DNA from: Octopus vulgaris
Taxonomy: Eukaryota
Reading direction: 5' to 3'
Length of the DNA stretch: 64,000 nucleotides
NCBI GenBank assembly: GCA_951406725.2
Contig: OX597831.1
Location: 48,670,001-48,734,000, forward strand
This document shows positions 13,081 through 27,027 of this stretch, in pieces. Every line of letters begins with the position of its first letter. Positions within the stretch are counted from its first letter, which is position 1. A program made the position numbers and the translations under genes. The notes under the pieces are model-generated. The model searched no databases, was not told the DNA's origin, and worked only from the letters and a program-made list of their open reading frames with translations.

Positions 13081-13084
13081 AACT

Positions 13085-13462
13085 GGCAGGAGTGGCTTTT
13101 AGTAAGTAGCTTGCTTACTAACCACATGGTTCTGGTTCAGTCCCACTGCATAGCACCTTGAGCAAGTGTCTTCTACTATAGCCTCAGGCTGACCAAAGCC
13201 TTGTGAGTGGATTAAGTAGACAGAAACTGAAACATGTGTGTGTGTGTGTGTGTGTGTGTTTGTGTGTCTGTGTTTGTCCCCCCATTGAGAACCGATGTTG
13301 GTGTGTTTACGTCCCAGTAACTTAGCATTTCGGCAAAAGAGACCGATAGAATAAGTACTAAGCTTACAAAACAAGTCCTGGGGGTCAACTTGTTTGACTG
13401 AAGGCGGTGTTCCAGCATGGCCACAGTCAAAATGACTGAAACAAATAAAAGAATAAAAGAAC
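13085..13462 (+). mobile_element. SINE family A
   Basis: Homology to 5755-6190. Confidence 0.9.
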
Positions 13463-13799
13463 ATACACATATATACACCCATATTTGCATGATGGTATGT
13501 GTATATATGTGTGCCTTTTTATGATGGTTAAGATATCACAATGCATTCATATATGTGTGATTTATATGCACGTGTGTGTCTGTGTCTGTCTGACTAAAAG
13601 TTTTAAAAGATTAATTTTCTTAATTGGGCAGATTATAATATATTATCTAAACAAATGTAGAACATTCAGAAACATTCAGCATGTTACAAAGCAATCAACA
13701 TTTTCTTCATTGATTTCCATATTTCTTCACATTGGTCTTTGGCACCAATTAACGAGCAGCGTTGATTGGCATATAGATTTCTCTTACTCTGTTCAGACT

Positions 13800-13828
13800 C
13801 TTTCTTTCACTTTCTCTCTCTCTCTCTC

Positions 13829-13881
<53 letters not shown>

Positions 13882-14420
13882 TTCTCTCATTCTCTCTTTC
13901 TCTCGCTTCCTTTTCACATTCTCTCAAACTCCATCACTTTCTCTCCCCTCCCTCTTTCCTCTCTGTCTCCCTCTGTCTCTCTCTTTCTCTGATTCTTTCT
14001 CTCTCTCCCTCCCTCTCTTTCTTTCTTTCACTTCCCTTTCAGCTCTCTCAGACTCCTTTCTATTCTCTCTCTCTCTCTTCTACCCCATCTCCACCTCTCT
14101 CTTTATGACTATATATCTCTCTCTCCCTCTCTCCTTATTTCTCTCACTTCTCACACGCCCACTCAAACTTCTTCCCTCTCTCCCCCTCCCTCTCTGATTC
14201 AATCTCTCTCTCCCCCCCTCCCTTTCTGATTCAATCTCTCTCTCCCTCTCTCCCCTCCCTCTCTCCCCCTCCCTTTCTGATTCAATCTCTCTCTCCCTCT
14301 CTCCCCTCCCTCTCTGATTCAATCTCTCTCTCCCTCTTTCTCTCACTACCTTCTCACACCCTCTCAGACTCCTTCCCTCTCTCTGACTCTTTCTCTCCCT
14401 CCCTCCCTCTCTCCTCTCCC
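13800..14420. repeat. Polypyrimidine (CT)n-rich tract with CTGATTCAATCTCTCTC subrepeats
   Basis: Direct reading. Confidence 0.9.
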
Positions 14421-14649
14421 CCACACTACCACCCACATATAAGCCATAACTCCATTTTCGTATTTCTCTTCCAATTTTATATTTTATGTTTCATTCTTCT
14501 TTTTCTTTGTCTTATTTCTCAGATACTTCACTCTTACTGTCCATCTGACTCAGTCTCTCCATCTTTACCTTCTTTCTCTCCCTATTTCATCTATCTGTCT
14601 GTCTGCCAATCTATCTAAACATCTATTTATCTGTCAATCTATCTATCTG

Positions 14650-15190
14650 TCATCATCATCATCATCATCATCATCACCATCATCCTCATTTAACGTCTGC
14701 TTTCCATGCTGGCATGGGTTGGACGGTTTGACTGAGGACTGGTAAGCCAGTAGGCTGCACCAGACTCCAATCTGATCTGGCAAGGTTTATACAGCTGGAT
14801 GTCCTTCCTAATGCCAGCCACTCCAAGAGTGCAGTGGGTGCTTTTTACATGCCACAGGCATGGGATCCGGTCTGGGGGCACTGACATCAACCACCTTCAC
14901 ATGGTGCTTTCCACGTGCTGATAGTCAGAGGGCACAAGCATCAACTACCTTCATTCACATGGTGCATTTCATGTACCACCAGGACAGAACATCAACAACA
15001 TTTGATGGTGCTTTTTACATGCCACCAGAACAGGAGCCATTGAGGAGACACTGGCATTGACCACACTCACATAGTGCTTTTTTATGTACCACTGGCAGAG
15101 GAGCCAGTCAGGGGTCACTGGCTTCAACCACATTCGCATGGTGCATTTTATGTGCTACCGGCACAGGAGCCAGTCGGGAGCACTGCTGTT
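14650..15190 (-). mobile_element. RTE 3' UTR-type fragment with ~60-bp internal repeats and (GAT)n tail
   Basis: Homologous to 24495-24830, which continues into RTE coding sequence. Confidence 0.75.
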
Positions 15191-15227
15191 TATTCTTTTG
15201 TCTTTTGGTCTGTCTGTCTATCTACTC

Positions 15228-15423
15228 ATGGCATGGCTGTGTGGTAAGAAGCTTTCTTCCCAACCACATGGTTCCAGGTTCAGTCCAACTGCATGGCACC
15301 TGGGGCAGGTGTCTTCTACTATAGCCTCAGGCTGACCAAAGCCTTGTGAGTAGATTTGGTAGATGGAAACTGAAAGAAGCCCATCGTACATATATATATA
15401 CATATATACATATATATATATAT

Positions 15424-15454
<31 letters not shown>

Positions 15455-15574
15455 TACATGTGTGATGATGGGGACTGCTATCTCTAAATAACATATATTT
15501 CCTCATTGAGAATAATTTATTTTATTTGAACTCCTGTGATGCCGTAATTTTTATTCTCTAATAAATAAAATAAA

Positions 15575-15612
<38 letters not shown>

Positions 15613-15845
15613 TTATACATATATATATATATGTATATGTTTGTATCTGTGTTTGTCCCCCACCATCGCTTGACAACCACTGTTGGTGTGTTTACATCCC
15701 CATAACTTAGCAGTTTGGTGAAAGAGACTGATAGAATAAGTAATAGGCTTACAAAGAATAAGTCCTGAGTTATTTTCTTTGACTAAAGGTGGTGCTCCAA
15801 CATGGTCGCAGTCAAATGACTAAAACAAATAAAAGAATTAAAGAA
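15228..15845 (+). mobile_element. SINE family A with insert in central (TA)n
   Basis: Head 15228-15388, tail 15640-15845. Confidence 0.85.
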
Positions 15846-15871
15846 TATATGGGTGTGTGTATATATATATA

Positions 15872-15904
<33 letters not shown>

Positions 15905-16616
15905 ACACCTATAAGGAGGTGCATTTTCCATTCACCAGTGTATGTGTGTGTCTGTCTTACTGCCAGTCTAGCTATCTATCTGTTTTTGTTTTTATTCTTT
16001 GTTAATAAGAAACCATAGAGCAAATGGTCAGATATGAACTGTTGACTCTTTGGTTGCCAATTTTTAACACCTCTAAGGTTAATGAACTCATGCAAATTAA
16101 GTGGGCGGATGGGTAGGGGGTGGGGAGAATGAATATTATAACAAACTATTTTATAAAGTAATTTTTTGAAATTTCTTTCCATCTTGATTTTAACAGCTGT
16201 TATTAAATTTTTTTTAATTTTCTGTTATTCTTAATATTACCGGTTTTGTCAGCATGTCAAATTAAGTTGTTCACATGAAAAATAAAATAAAATTATGAAA
16301 AGATTTTCATAATGAAATTATCCATATTTGTGTGTTAAGCTTGTTGCTTAGCTTGAAATGTATTTATATGTATATACACACCTACATATATGAGAAATGC
16401 ACCAGGCCCTAGTCTGATTTAGCTAGATTTCTATGGCTGGATGCTCTTTCTAATGCTAACCACTTTACAGAGTGTGCAAGGTGCTTTTTACGTGGCACCA
16501 ATACTGGGTTGTTGTAGGCTAATCCTCTTCAGCAGGGAGAGTGGCCTTAACACTTCTACTGTGGAGGACAGGTTTTCTTGAGTACAGCAAGACAACAGAT
16601 GCATACACACATACAA

Positions 16617-16666
<50 letters not shown>

Positions 16667-16709
16667 GTAAAAAGCACAAACTAGACTAATGGAGTGGCTC
16701 TGTGTGATG

Positions 16710-16794
16710 CCTTGGGCAAGTGTCTTCTACTATAGCCTTGGGCTGACGAAAGTGTTGCAAGTGGATTTGGTAGACAGAAACTGAAAGAAGCCTG

Positions 16795-16838
<44 letters not shown>

Positions 16839-18041
16839 GAGTGTCTGTGTTTGTCCCCCCACCATTGCTTGACAACCAATATTGGTGTGTTTACATCCTC
16901 GTAACTTAGCGGTTCAGCAATAGAGACTGATAGAATAGGTTCTAGGCTTACAGAGAAGTCCTGAGGTCAATTTGTTTGACTAAAGGTGATTCTTCAACAT
17001 GGCAGCAGTTAAATGACTGAAACAAGTAAAAGAGTAAAAAAGTATAGATTATTTTCTAATAGGTGCAGGTATGGCCACATGGTAAGAACCTTGCTTCCCA
17101 ACCACATGGTTCCAGGGTCAGTCCCACTGCATGGCACTTTGGGCAAATGTTTTTTATTATAGCCTCAGGCCAACAAAAGCCTTTTGAGTGGATTTGGAGG
17201 AATTGGAAACTGAAAGAAACCTGTCATGTGTGTATGTATATATTGTGTCTATATCTTCTACTGTTTATCTTTTATCTGTTTGAGTCATTTGACCATGGCC
17301 ATTCTGGGGCACTACCTTGAAGTATTTTTAGTTCAAATAAATTGATCTCATTACTTATATTTCTTATTTTGTTAAGCCTGGTACTTATTCTATTGATCTT
17401 TTGCTGAACTGTTAAGTTACAGGGATGTAAACACACCAACACTGGTTATCAAGTAGTGGGGCACAAAGACACACACACACATAAATATGAGTGTGTGCGT
17501 CCTTGTGTCAGGATTATATATATATATATATATATACATATATACATACACACATGACATGCTTCTTTCAGTTTCCATTTCCTCCAAATCCACTCAAAAG
17601 GCTTTTGTTGGTCTGAGGCTATAATAAAAGACATTTGCCCAAAGTGCCATGCAGTGGGACTGACCCTGGAGCCATGTGGTTGGGAAGCAAGGTTCTTACC
17701 ATGCGGCCATACTTGCACTATTAGAAAATAATCTATGCTTTTTTACTCTTTTACTAGTTTCAGTCATTTAACTGCAGCCATGTTGAAGCACCACCTTTAG
17801 TCGAACAAATTGACTTCAGGACTTCTTCTCTGTAAGCCTAGAACCTATTCTATCAGTCTCTATTGCTGAACCGCTAAGTTACGGGGACGTAAACACACCA
17901 ATATTGGTTGTCAAGCAATGGTGGAGGGACAAACACATATATATATATATATATGACAGGCTTCTTTCAGTTTCTGTCTACCAAATCCACTTGCAACGTT
18001 TTGGTCGGCCTGAGGCTATAGTAGAAGACACTTGCCCAAGG
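16710..18041. repeat. Local inverted duplication of a SINE A pair (~520-bp arms)
   Basis: 16710-17242 vs 17535-18041 share the unique linker TAGATTATTTTCTAATAG and private variants; near-identical ORF-track peptides 17063+ and 17449-. Confidence 0.9.
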
Positions 18042-19354
18042 TTCCACACAGTGGGACTGAATCTGGAACTATGTGGTTGGGAAGCAAACTACTTACCACA
18101 CAGCCACACCTGCACCTATCCACACAGCCACACCTGCACCTATCCACACCTGCACCTATCCACACCTGCACCTATCCACACAGCCATGCCTGTGTCTATA
18201 GAAAATAATCTATAGAAAATAGTTTTATAGATATACTTTATTTGAAAAACCTGCAAGCCAGTGCGAAAATTATCTATGTAGGGGCTCAATAGAATCAACA
18301 TGGTAGCTATGTGTTACCTAAACAACTTACTACTACCCTCAAAATAAGCGTCACAGTATTTTGAGTCCTAAATATTTGTAAATTGTAACTTTTAAAATAA
18401 AAATGAGCTAGCACAGCAAGAATTCTAATGGAAAATTCATGTAATTGGTTATTTCCATGCTAAAGGTTTGCTCAAGCAGAGCTAACAAGAGCAACTATAT
18501 TATCCAATATCAGCAAACATAACCTCCTCACAACTTGGAAAAGCAATGCCAACATTCATGGCAAGATGGTCAAGTTATAATTATTAGAAGAGAAAACAGA
18601 GGCAAATATAGAACAGATGGTTTGAAGAGTGGTCTAAATCTCAAGATCTGTTAATGATATGTTTCATGTGATAATGTTCTGTACAGCATTCTGGTTACAT
18701 AATAGTGCCTTAATTGTACACATTTTCTGTTCATGAAACTGCAGTAATTTCAAATTTGATAAGTGAAAACAAAACAAGAATAAATTGAGAAGTTTTGCTT
18801 TTTGACCACATGGTTTCTGGATCAATCCTTGGTCTTATTATGGTCCCAGGTCGATCAAAGTCTTGTGAGTGGATTTGGTAGATGGAAACTGAAAAAAGCC
18901 TATTGTATGGGTAATATGTGTGTATAGGTGTGTGTATACCTATGTGTGTGTGTGTGTGTGTGTGTTTGTGGGGAAAGGGGTGCATGTGTGTGCGTGATGC
19001 ATGATTGTGTGTATCCAAAAGGGTTTTTTAACTCAATATTATTTACAGTTATTTACAGTTATTATTTACGCATCATTATTTACAGTTTTATTTGCTTCAA
19101 GATCCACTGTTCCACAAAAAAAAACTGTCACGCATTCTGTCAAAGTTTATAACTTTTATGGCATTAACAATATGTGTGTGTAAATGTATGTTTCTCTGTG
19201 TGTGTGTGTGTGTGTGTAAATGTTTGACTCAGGGTGTGTGTGTGCATGTAAATATGTTTTGTGTATGTGTGTGTGTAAATGTATGTTTTGTGTGTGTGTA
19301 CGTGTATGTGGTTGTACCTCTGTGTCTAGACATCATGTAATAGTTGTAAATAAA

Positions 19355-19390
<36 letters not shown>

Positions 19391-20071
19391 ACAAACAATG
19401 TTATTCATTTCGAGTCTTCCATGAAAAACAATGTTTGGTTATGGAAAATATTACTATTGCTTGGAAACAGATGAAGTTTGAAGACAGGAAAGGTACCCAG
19501 CCACTGAAGATTTACCTTGACAAATTGCATCTGACTCATGCAATTTCAAAACAAATGACAGCAACAACGGTCTTAGGGAGATGAAGAGCCATAGAGAATT
19601 GAGAGAGGCAAATAGACACTAATATTTATTAAGGGTTCACCATGACACCTTAACACTACCATCTTTCTCTCTCCTTCCTGCTCTTCTCCAGTTACTCCTA
19701 CCCTTACTTTTATAATGCGAAAAGCCATGTAGCTCCTCAAAAGTGAGAAACCTATTCTGTTCTGGCCCCTTCTCTCAGATTTTAACCCCTTATCTCATAG
19801 CATAGAGCCATCTCCCTCACTTCTGTAATGTCACTCATTTGAACAGGATCCTGGGTTTGCAAGCTGCTTCGCAGTACAGCTTGCAAGACTAGTGCCAATG
19901 CCATGACTTAAAAGCCCAGTACATTCTCTGAAATAGTGTTTCCCAACCTATTTTGCACCAGGCCCCACTATAACTTTCCAGGAAAATGTATGCTTCACCA
20001 GTGGTTGGAAAAATGTGTAGGTGTAGTATGTTTGCTGTGTAAAAAAGATTTTCACAATTCCATGTCCCAAT

Positions 20072-20656
20072 GCTCTTTTACTCTTTTACTTGTTTCAGTC
20101 ATTTGATTGTGGCCATGCATTGGTTGTCAAGCAATGTTGGGGGGACAAACACAGATGCACAAACACATACACACACACATACATACATACATATCATCAT
20201 CATCATTATCATCGTTTAACGTCCGCTTTCCATGCTAGCATGGGTTGGATGATTTTGACTGAGGGCTGGTGAATCAGATGGCTGCACCAGGCTCCAGTCT
20301 TGATTTGGCAGAGTTTCTACAGCTGGATGCCCTTCCTAACGCCAACCACTCCAAGAGTGTAGTGGGTGCTTTTTTACGTGCCACCGGTACGGGGGCCAGT
20401 CAGGTGGTACTGGCAACGACCTTGCTCAAATCCTTTTATACATGCCACCAGCACAGGTGCCAGAAGGCGATTTTGGTAACGATCATGATCACGACGGGTT
20501 TCTTTCAGTTTCCGTCATCCAAATCCACTCATAAGGCTTTGGCCGGTCCGAGGCTATAGTAGAAGACACTTGCCCAAGGTGCCACACAGTGGGACTGAAC
20601 CCAGAACCATGTGGTTCATATGCAAGCTACTTACCACACAGCCACTCCTATGCCTA
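20072..20656 (-). mobile_element. SINE family A containing a nested RTE 3' fragment (20195-20490)
   Basis: Homology to both families. Confidence 0.8.
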
Positions 20657-21126
20657 TAAAAAAAAACAAAAAAACTTTGGGATGCCATGCTTCACTATAA
20701 CTTTCCCAGTGGGGCATATGTCCACGTTGGGAATCAGAACTCTGAAGTATTTGGTATTACAAAGGGTTTCCATTTGCAGAAGCCATGCCAATGCAGATGG
20801 AGCACAATGCGGTCCTTGGACCCATCTTGTCAATTAGTCCAACCCATGCCATCCCTGAAGATTGACAATAAATGCTGCTGCTGATGATTAGTTTGGTACT
20901 CAGCCATCTTAGTTACTTCCACTGTCCTCCTCAAAACAGTTTAAATATTAATCATACAATCAATTATCACCAATGTCGTTAGCCATTTAGAAATTGCGGA
21001 TGTTTTTAGTTACTAGAACAAATGTCAGTAACAAAAGCACAGATGCACTTGAAGTCTATATTTGCTCAAGCATTTTTTTTTTAAAGAATCGTCAGTGTCT
21101 TTTTTTTTTTGTTTCTTTTTCCCCCA

Positions 21127-21195
<69 letters not shown>

Positions 21196-21831
21196 CTGAT
21201 TGCTTCATTGCAGTTTGTAGCTTTTGCTCTCTTGCAAAAAAAAAAAAGAAAAAGAAACGGAAAAAACCAAAAAAAATGAAGAAAAAAAAAGATAAAAAAT
21301 ATAACATTTTGCTATGATGACAGAGTAGCCTCAAACAAAATGAAACTAGTGGCATTCAATTACAAATTGAATAAAAGGAAAAGTTGCCAGCTAAGACATT
21401 TGAGATTGCTTTAAGCACTTTTAAACACTGGTGTTTCAATTGATTTAAAAGCACACTCTTCAGCCAGACTCATTAATTGAAAAATGTAACCGACTCACTT
21501 TGATATTTATCTTCATGCATACATAAATGTAGTAGTAACCTTGTGGATTGTTATATTAGTTCTACATCATACCCATGGCAATATTTAACAGAAGTTTTTT
21601 TTTTTGTTTCTCAGAAATTTTTTTCTTTAACACATAAGCATACCTGTATGGTTAAAAAAGCTCGCTTGGTTTGAGGTTTCAGTCCTGCTGCAAGTATCTT
21701 CTATTATAGTCGTCAGCTGACCAATGCCTTGGGAATGGATTTGCGGATTTGTAGATTTGGAAGAAGCCTGTTGTACATGTGTGTGTCTGTGTGTGTCTGT
21801 GTGTATGTGTTTGTGTGTGTGTATGTGTGTA

Positions 21832-22172
21832 TCATCATCATCATCATCATTTAGCGTCCGCTTTCCATGCTAGCATGGGTTGGACGGTTCAACTGGGGTC
21901 TGGGAAGCCAGAAGGCTGCACCAGGCCCAGTCTGATCTGGCAATGTTTCTACAGCTGGATGCCCTTCCTAACGCCAACCACTCTGTGAGTGTAGTGGGTG
22001 CTTTTTACATGCCACCGGCACAGGTGCCAGACGGGGCTGGCAAACGGCCACGGACGGATGGTGCTTTTTATGTGCCACCGGCACGGGGGCCAGGCAAGGC
22101 TGGCAACGGCCACGATCAGATGGTGCATTTTACATGCCACCGGCACGGAGGCTAGTCGGGGTGGCGCTGGCT
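21832..22172 (-). mobile_element. RTE 3' UTR-type fragment
   Basis: (CAT)n-TTTAGCGTCCGCTTTCCATGCTAGCATGGG...GGATGCCCTTCCTAACGCCAACC. Confidence 0.8.
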
Positions 22173-22277
22173 ATGTGTGTATAAATTACGTACATATTAT
22201 AAAAATATTTATGGTCTACAGACACATTTCACACATGCTGAGCATGGGTATAAATGATTATTTTTAGTAATTTTACC

Positions 22278-22314
<37 letters not shown>

Positions 22315-22509
22315 TGCATGTACGTATGTATATACACAGGTGAGTACATAAGTGCAAAGTAAGGTGGAAGAAATAGTACTCAAATACCAAAGGTAGAGTA
22401 ATGTACTTTTATTAAAGCTGCAGAATTATCACAAGGTTGTTACACAGTTTTACATACCCATTTGTTGGGCAGTTGTGATATATATGTGTGTGTGTTTGTG
22501 TTGGTGTGT

Positions 22510-22800
22510 GAAGGCGCATGGCTTCATGGTTAAGGTGTTTCACTCCTGATTGCAAGATCGTGGGTTTGATTCCCAGACCAGGTGTCATGTTGTGTTCTTG
22601 AGCAAAGCACTTCATTACACGTTGCTCTGTGATCATTTCGATATCTGACATGTGGCACCCATTGCACCTGTGCAGGTAATGTCAATCTGATGGAGGGAGT
22701 GAGTTTATGTCTACACGAACATTTGATCACTATAAACAAATCAACTGAGTGGTTGTTCGCTAAGAAATTTCTAAACCCTCATGCATCATATGACGACGAG
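22510..22800 (+). mobile_element. SINE family C variant
   Basis: tRNA-like head plus TTGAGCAAAGCACTTCA. Confidence 0.7.
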
Positions 22801-22814
22801 AGAGTCCATCATAC

Positions 22815-22851
<37 letters not shown>

Positions 22852-22853
<2 letters not shown>

Positions 22854-23130
22854 TAATAAAGGGTAAAATTAATTAATTAACTAGTAATCAATAATTTCAC
22901 CAAGTAGAATTCGGCATGAAAAAGGACCATTTCTTGGTAAACTTAAACAATATTTTATAATTACGAGTACTTATAATTCGAGTATTTTGTTTTTGCCCGG
23001 GAGTTTCTTCTTATAGTAGAAGAAATAGCTAAAGTTCTTTGGCCACTATTTCTAAACTTCGGTATGTGGTAAAGCAAATTTTGCTGAACCCTAATACTGA
23101 ACCCTAATACTCGTAATTATAAAATATTGT
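22852..23130. repeat. Insert in (TA)n with 23-bp inverted repeat
   Basis: ACAATATTTTATAATTACGAGTA (22947-22969) / TACTCGTAATTATAAAATATTGT (23108-23130). Confidence 0.85.
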
Positions 23131-23733
23131 ATATATATATATATGCATGTGTGTGTTTGTTCCTTCACACTGCTTGACAAGATGTTTTGATTTGTTTACA
23201 TCCTTGTAACTTAGCAGTTTGGCAAAAGTGACTGATAGAATAAGTAACAAACTCAGAAGTATAACCGGGGTAAATTCGCTTGGTTAAACACTTCAAGGCA
23301 GTGCTCCAGCATGGCCACAATCCATTGATCAAAACGAGCAAAAGATAAATGATTTGTGATGTATTTTTGTTCTCTTACTATCTTTATGTTTAACACAAAT
23401 GCTGTGCATTTTTTTTTATATACATGGGATGAAATTTGATGTCCACATGTGTAAACTGTAAAGCGATTTGTTAAATCTAAAAGTCAGTCACAAATAATTT
23501 ATCATCAAATGGTGATTAAAAGCCTACTCATGCAAAATTGCTGTCATGTTGAACATTTTAACATTTCATGTCATACTTTATTATTGCCTGTTTTTTTTTT
23601 AGTTTTGGATGTTTAAAATTGTTTTCGAGTGAAATTGAAATTATGCTACACAAGAATCTCTAGCTGAAAGACTTAAGTTAAAGTTACCATCTTACTATGA
23701 TACAGAACCAGAGTAATAATAACATTGATGATG

Positions 23734-23789
<56 letters not shown>

Positions 23790-23844
23790 TATAATGATGA
23801 TGATGATGATGATGATGATGACAACAACAATAATAATAATAATA

Positions 23845-24345
23845 ATCCTTTCTGTTATAGGCACAAGGCCTGAAATTTTTTTTTGGTGGTGGGGGCAGAA
23901 TAGTCGATTACATCGACCCCAGTGTTTCACTGGTACTTTATTTATCGCCCCTCCCCCAAAAGAATGAAAGGTAAAGTCAACCTCGGCAGAATTTGGACTC
24001 AGAACATAGCGACAGGTGAAATACTGCTAAGCATTTCACCTGGCATGCTAACAATTCTGCCAGCTCACCATAATAATAATCGTTGCCAGCACCACTACCA
24101 GCACCACCATCTTCATCATCATCATCATCGCCATCATTGTCATCAGCACCATCAGCATCATCATCGTCATCATCGTCATCATTATCATCATCATTATTAT
24201 CAAGATGGCAAGCTGGCAGAATCGTTAGCACTCTGGGCAAAGTGCTTTGCGAATTTCTTCCAGCTTTACATTCAGAATTCAAATTCCACCAGGATCAATT
24301 TTGCACCAGGATCAATTCTTTCAGGGTTGAAAAAATAAGTACCAG
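23845..24345. mobile_element. Two divergently oriented SINE B copies separated by (CAT)n
   Basis: 23845-24070 minus; 24205-24345 plus. Confidence 0.75.
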
Positions 24346-24494
24346 TATTTTTATCACATGCTTTCACGGCATTACCAAGCACAGCTCTGTGAGCCTTGGA
24401 TATGGGCTGGGATTTGTTTTGATGTTGTTATTTTCACTGTATCAAAAGTGCTTTATGTAAGATGTGTACTGTGCCTAGTAGTGTTATTTTATGT

Positions 24495-25195
24495 CATCAT
24501 CATCATCATCATTGTCATCGTTTAACGTCCGTTTTCCATGCTAGCATGGGTTGGACGGTTTGACCGGGGTCTGGGAATCCAAGAGGCTGCGCCAGGCTCC
24601 AGTCTGATCTAGTAGTGTTTCTACAGCTGGATGCCCTTCCTAGCACCAACAACTCCGTGAGTGTAGTGGGTGCGTTTTACTTGCCACCAGCACAGGGGCC
24701 AGAGGAGGCTGGCAAACGGCCATGATCGGTTGGTGCCTTTTACGTGTCACCGACATGGACGCCAGTCAGGCGACACTGGCATCAGCCACATTCAGATGGT
24801 GCTTTTTACGTGCCACCGGCACGGGTATCATGACTATAATATCCATTTGATTTTTATTTTGATGTTGATGTACTTGACTCAATAGGTCTTCTCAAGCACA
24901 GCAGGTCACCCTACAATCCAAGGTTAGCACAGCAGGCCGTCCTGCAAGCCATGAACTCACTTCCTTTGTCGGGTCTTCGCAGTCACAACATATCTCCGGA
25001 GGTCTCAGTCTTTTGTCATAGCTTCTGTGAGGCCCAACGTTCGAAGGTCATGCTTGACCACCTCATCCCATATCTTCTTGGGTCTACCTCTACCCTGGAT
25101 TCCTTCAACAGTTTGGGAGTAGTACTTCTTCACACATCTCTCCTCATCCATCCGTAGTACATGACCTCATCAATCCGTAGTACATGACCATACAT
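24495..25195 (-). mobile_element. 5'-truncated RTE LINE
   Basis: Minus translation GHVLRMDEERCVKK...EGIQGRGRPKKIWDEVVKHDLRTLGL, then 3' UTR and (GAT)n tail. Confidence 0.85.
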
Positions 25196-25426
25196 TCATA
25201 TTTGGTAGGAGTTATATAAGGGGGTGCCTAAGAGTACTACAGGTTTGAGAGTGTGCCAAAACAATTGTTGAGATGGTAAATAAAGAATATCATTAATTCC
25301 ATTTTCTTTCATTTGTGTATATATATAGATAGATAGATACGTAAAATATAGTGTAGTGAGTTTTTTTAGAAATTTCTCTACCAGTAGCTTAGCATGCATA
25401 AAAAATCAATAGACAACATATTCTCA

Positions 25427-25847
25427 ATATAAAATAGTGTACACTTAAACACAAGCAAAAACTGCCTTCAGCAGGCAGTTTTTACATACTAAAAGAAGTA
25501 GTCAAAACGACCAAAACCACATCTAAGACTGAAACTGTGCTTGTGTGGTGAATTTGAAAAATTATAATGTATAACGATGAGACACATGTTATTCGTCTCT
25601 TAATTATATGTTAGTGTTATGGCACAGTCACTGATGAGAAATTTCACCGAGCAAATTATTTGCTAAAAAATTTTGAAAACTTAGTTCTGACTGGATTAAA
25701 ATAACAAGGTAAATGTTTTTATTTTTCATTCCCTTTGAAGATTGCTCTTAAATGTGGTTTTGGACGTTTTGACTACTTCTTCTAGTGTGTAAAAACTGCC
25801 TGTTGAAGGTAGTTTTCTCTTGTGCTTAAATGTACACTATTTTGTAT
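25427..25847. repeat. Fold-back insert, ~100-bp diverged arms enclosing a hammerhead motif
   Basis: 25427-25528 vs 25746-25847 reverse complementary. Confidence 0.85.
25625..25693 (+). ncRNA. Type I hammerhead ribozyme
   Basis: Stem I CAGTCA/TGACTG; core CTGATGA 25631-25637; stem II GAAATTT/AAATTTT; GAA 25675-25677; stem III AAC-tta-GTT; predicted cleavage after C25687. Confidence 0.8.
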
Positions 25848-25854
25848 GACAGCT

Positions 25855-25898
25855 AGATAGATAGATATATAGATAGATAGACAGATAAATAGATAGAC

Positions 25899-25955
<57 letters not shown>

Positions 25956-26035
25956 TAGACAGATAGATATATATAGATAGACAGACAGACAGACAGACAG
26001 GCAGGCAGACAGACAGACAGACAGACAGACAGACT

Positions 26036-26116
<81 letters not shown>
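25855..26116. repeat. (GATA)n/(GACA)n microsatellite
   Basis: Direct reading. Confidence 0.95.
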
Positions 26117-26117
<1 letters not shown>

Positions 26118-26328
26118 AGGTGCTAAAAAGTTGCTGGCTTTAAAGGTATTATAAAAGGACTGATTGGAGGCCCAACCTTCCGAATTCTTTTACAGGACTT
26201 AGAGAAATAGAGGACTGCTGCAATTAGTGTATGAATCTGATAGGGGAAGATGTTGAATAAAGTCATCCTTAACTGATCCACCTGTATTTTCTTTTACCCA
26301 AAGCCAGGAACTTTTCAGCAACCCCTCA
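26117..26328 (+). mobile_element. Mariner-derived MITE
   Basis: TIR GGTGCTAAAAAGTTGCTGGCTTT / AAAGCCAGGAACTTTTCAGCAACCCC; homologous to 52372 and 58789. Confidence 0.85.
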
Positions 26329-27027
26329 TATTTTTAAAGAGCTGTTTGATTTGGTCCTATGCAACTTAAAGTTTAGTAAGCTCATGAGACTCTTTAAATA
26401 AGAATTTGGTCAACTTGTGCCTATGAGAGAAAACAATTACTTCCATGCAATATTGACCCTGGATTAACATATTGCAAAACAAGCTTCTTAATGATAGTGC
26501 CACTGCATATGTCCATTTTAAACAATATTTCACAATATTTGAATGAAACCTACGTTTCTACTATACAAAAATCTAGCCAACAGACAAGGTAAAAATTATC
26601 ACCATGCTTATAATACAACAGGTGATTAACTATAATATAATATTAGCTGCACTAACTTACTGAGTCTTATTCCCACATATAGCTTCTAGTAATTCTATAC
26701 GCAAATTTTTCTTTGATTTGCTTCTGCCACAAAGAATACCAGAACCTCAACACCAGTTCGCTCTATCATTAAGCATATCAAAACTACTTCACTTTAAAGT
26801 ATGGTTTGATAATGCTACCTCTTATTCTATGCTAACATATAGATATGGACAACATATACCATGCTATTATACAATATATAAATACTGACTTATAAAATAC
26901 CACTGTACTTCTAGCTTACACCATACTACAATAAAATATAAATATTGGTTTACATCATATTATCATATTCCCACAATACTACCACATACATACAACATAT
27001 ATATACATATATATATATATACACAAG

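Noticed and set aside
14836-15185. CRISPR-like repeat-spacer appearance (also 21998-22150)
   Set aside because: Spacers are homologous to each other, the array is in an RTE 3' UTR, eukaryotic context, no cas genes
19934-20017. Tiny hAT-Charlie-like MITE
   Set aside because: TIRs degenerate and no TSD found
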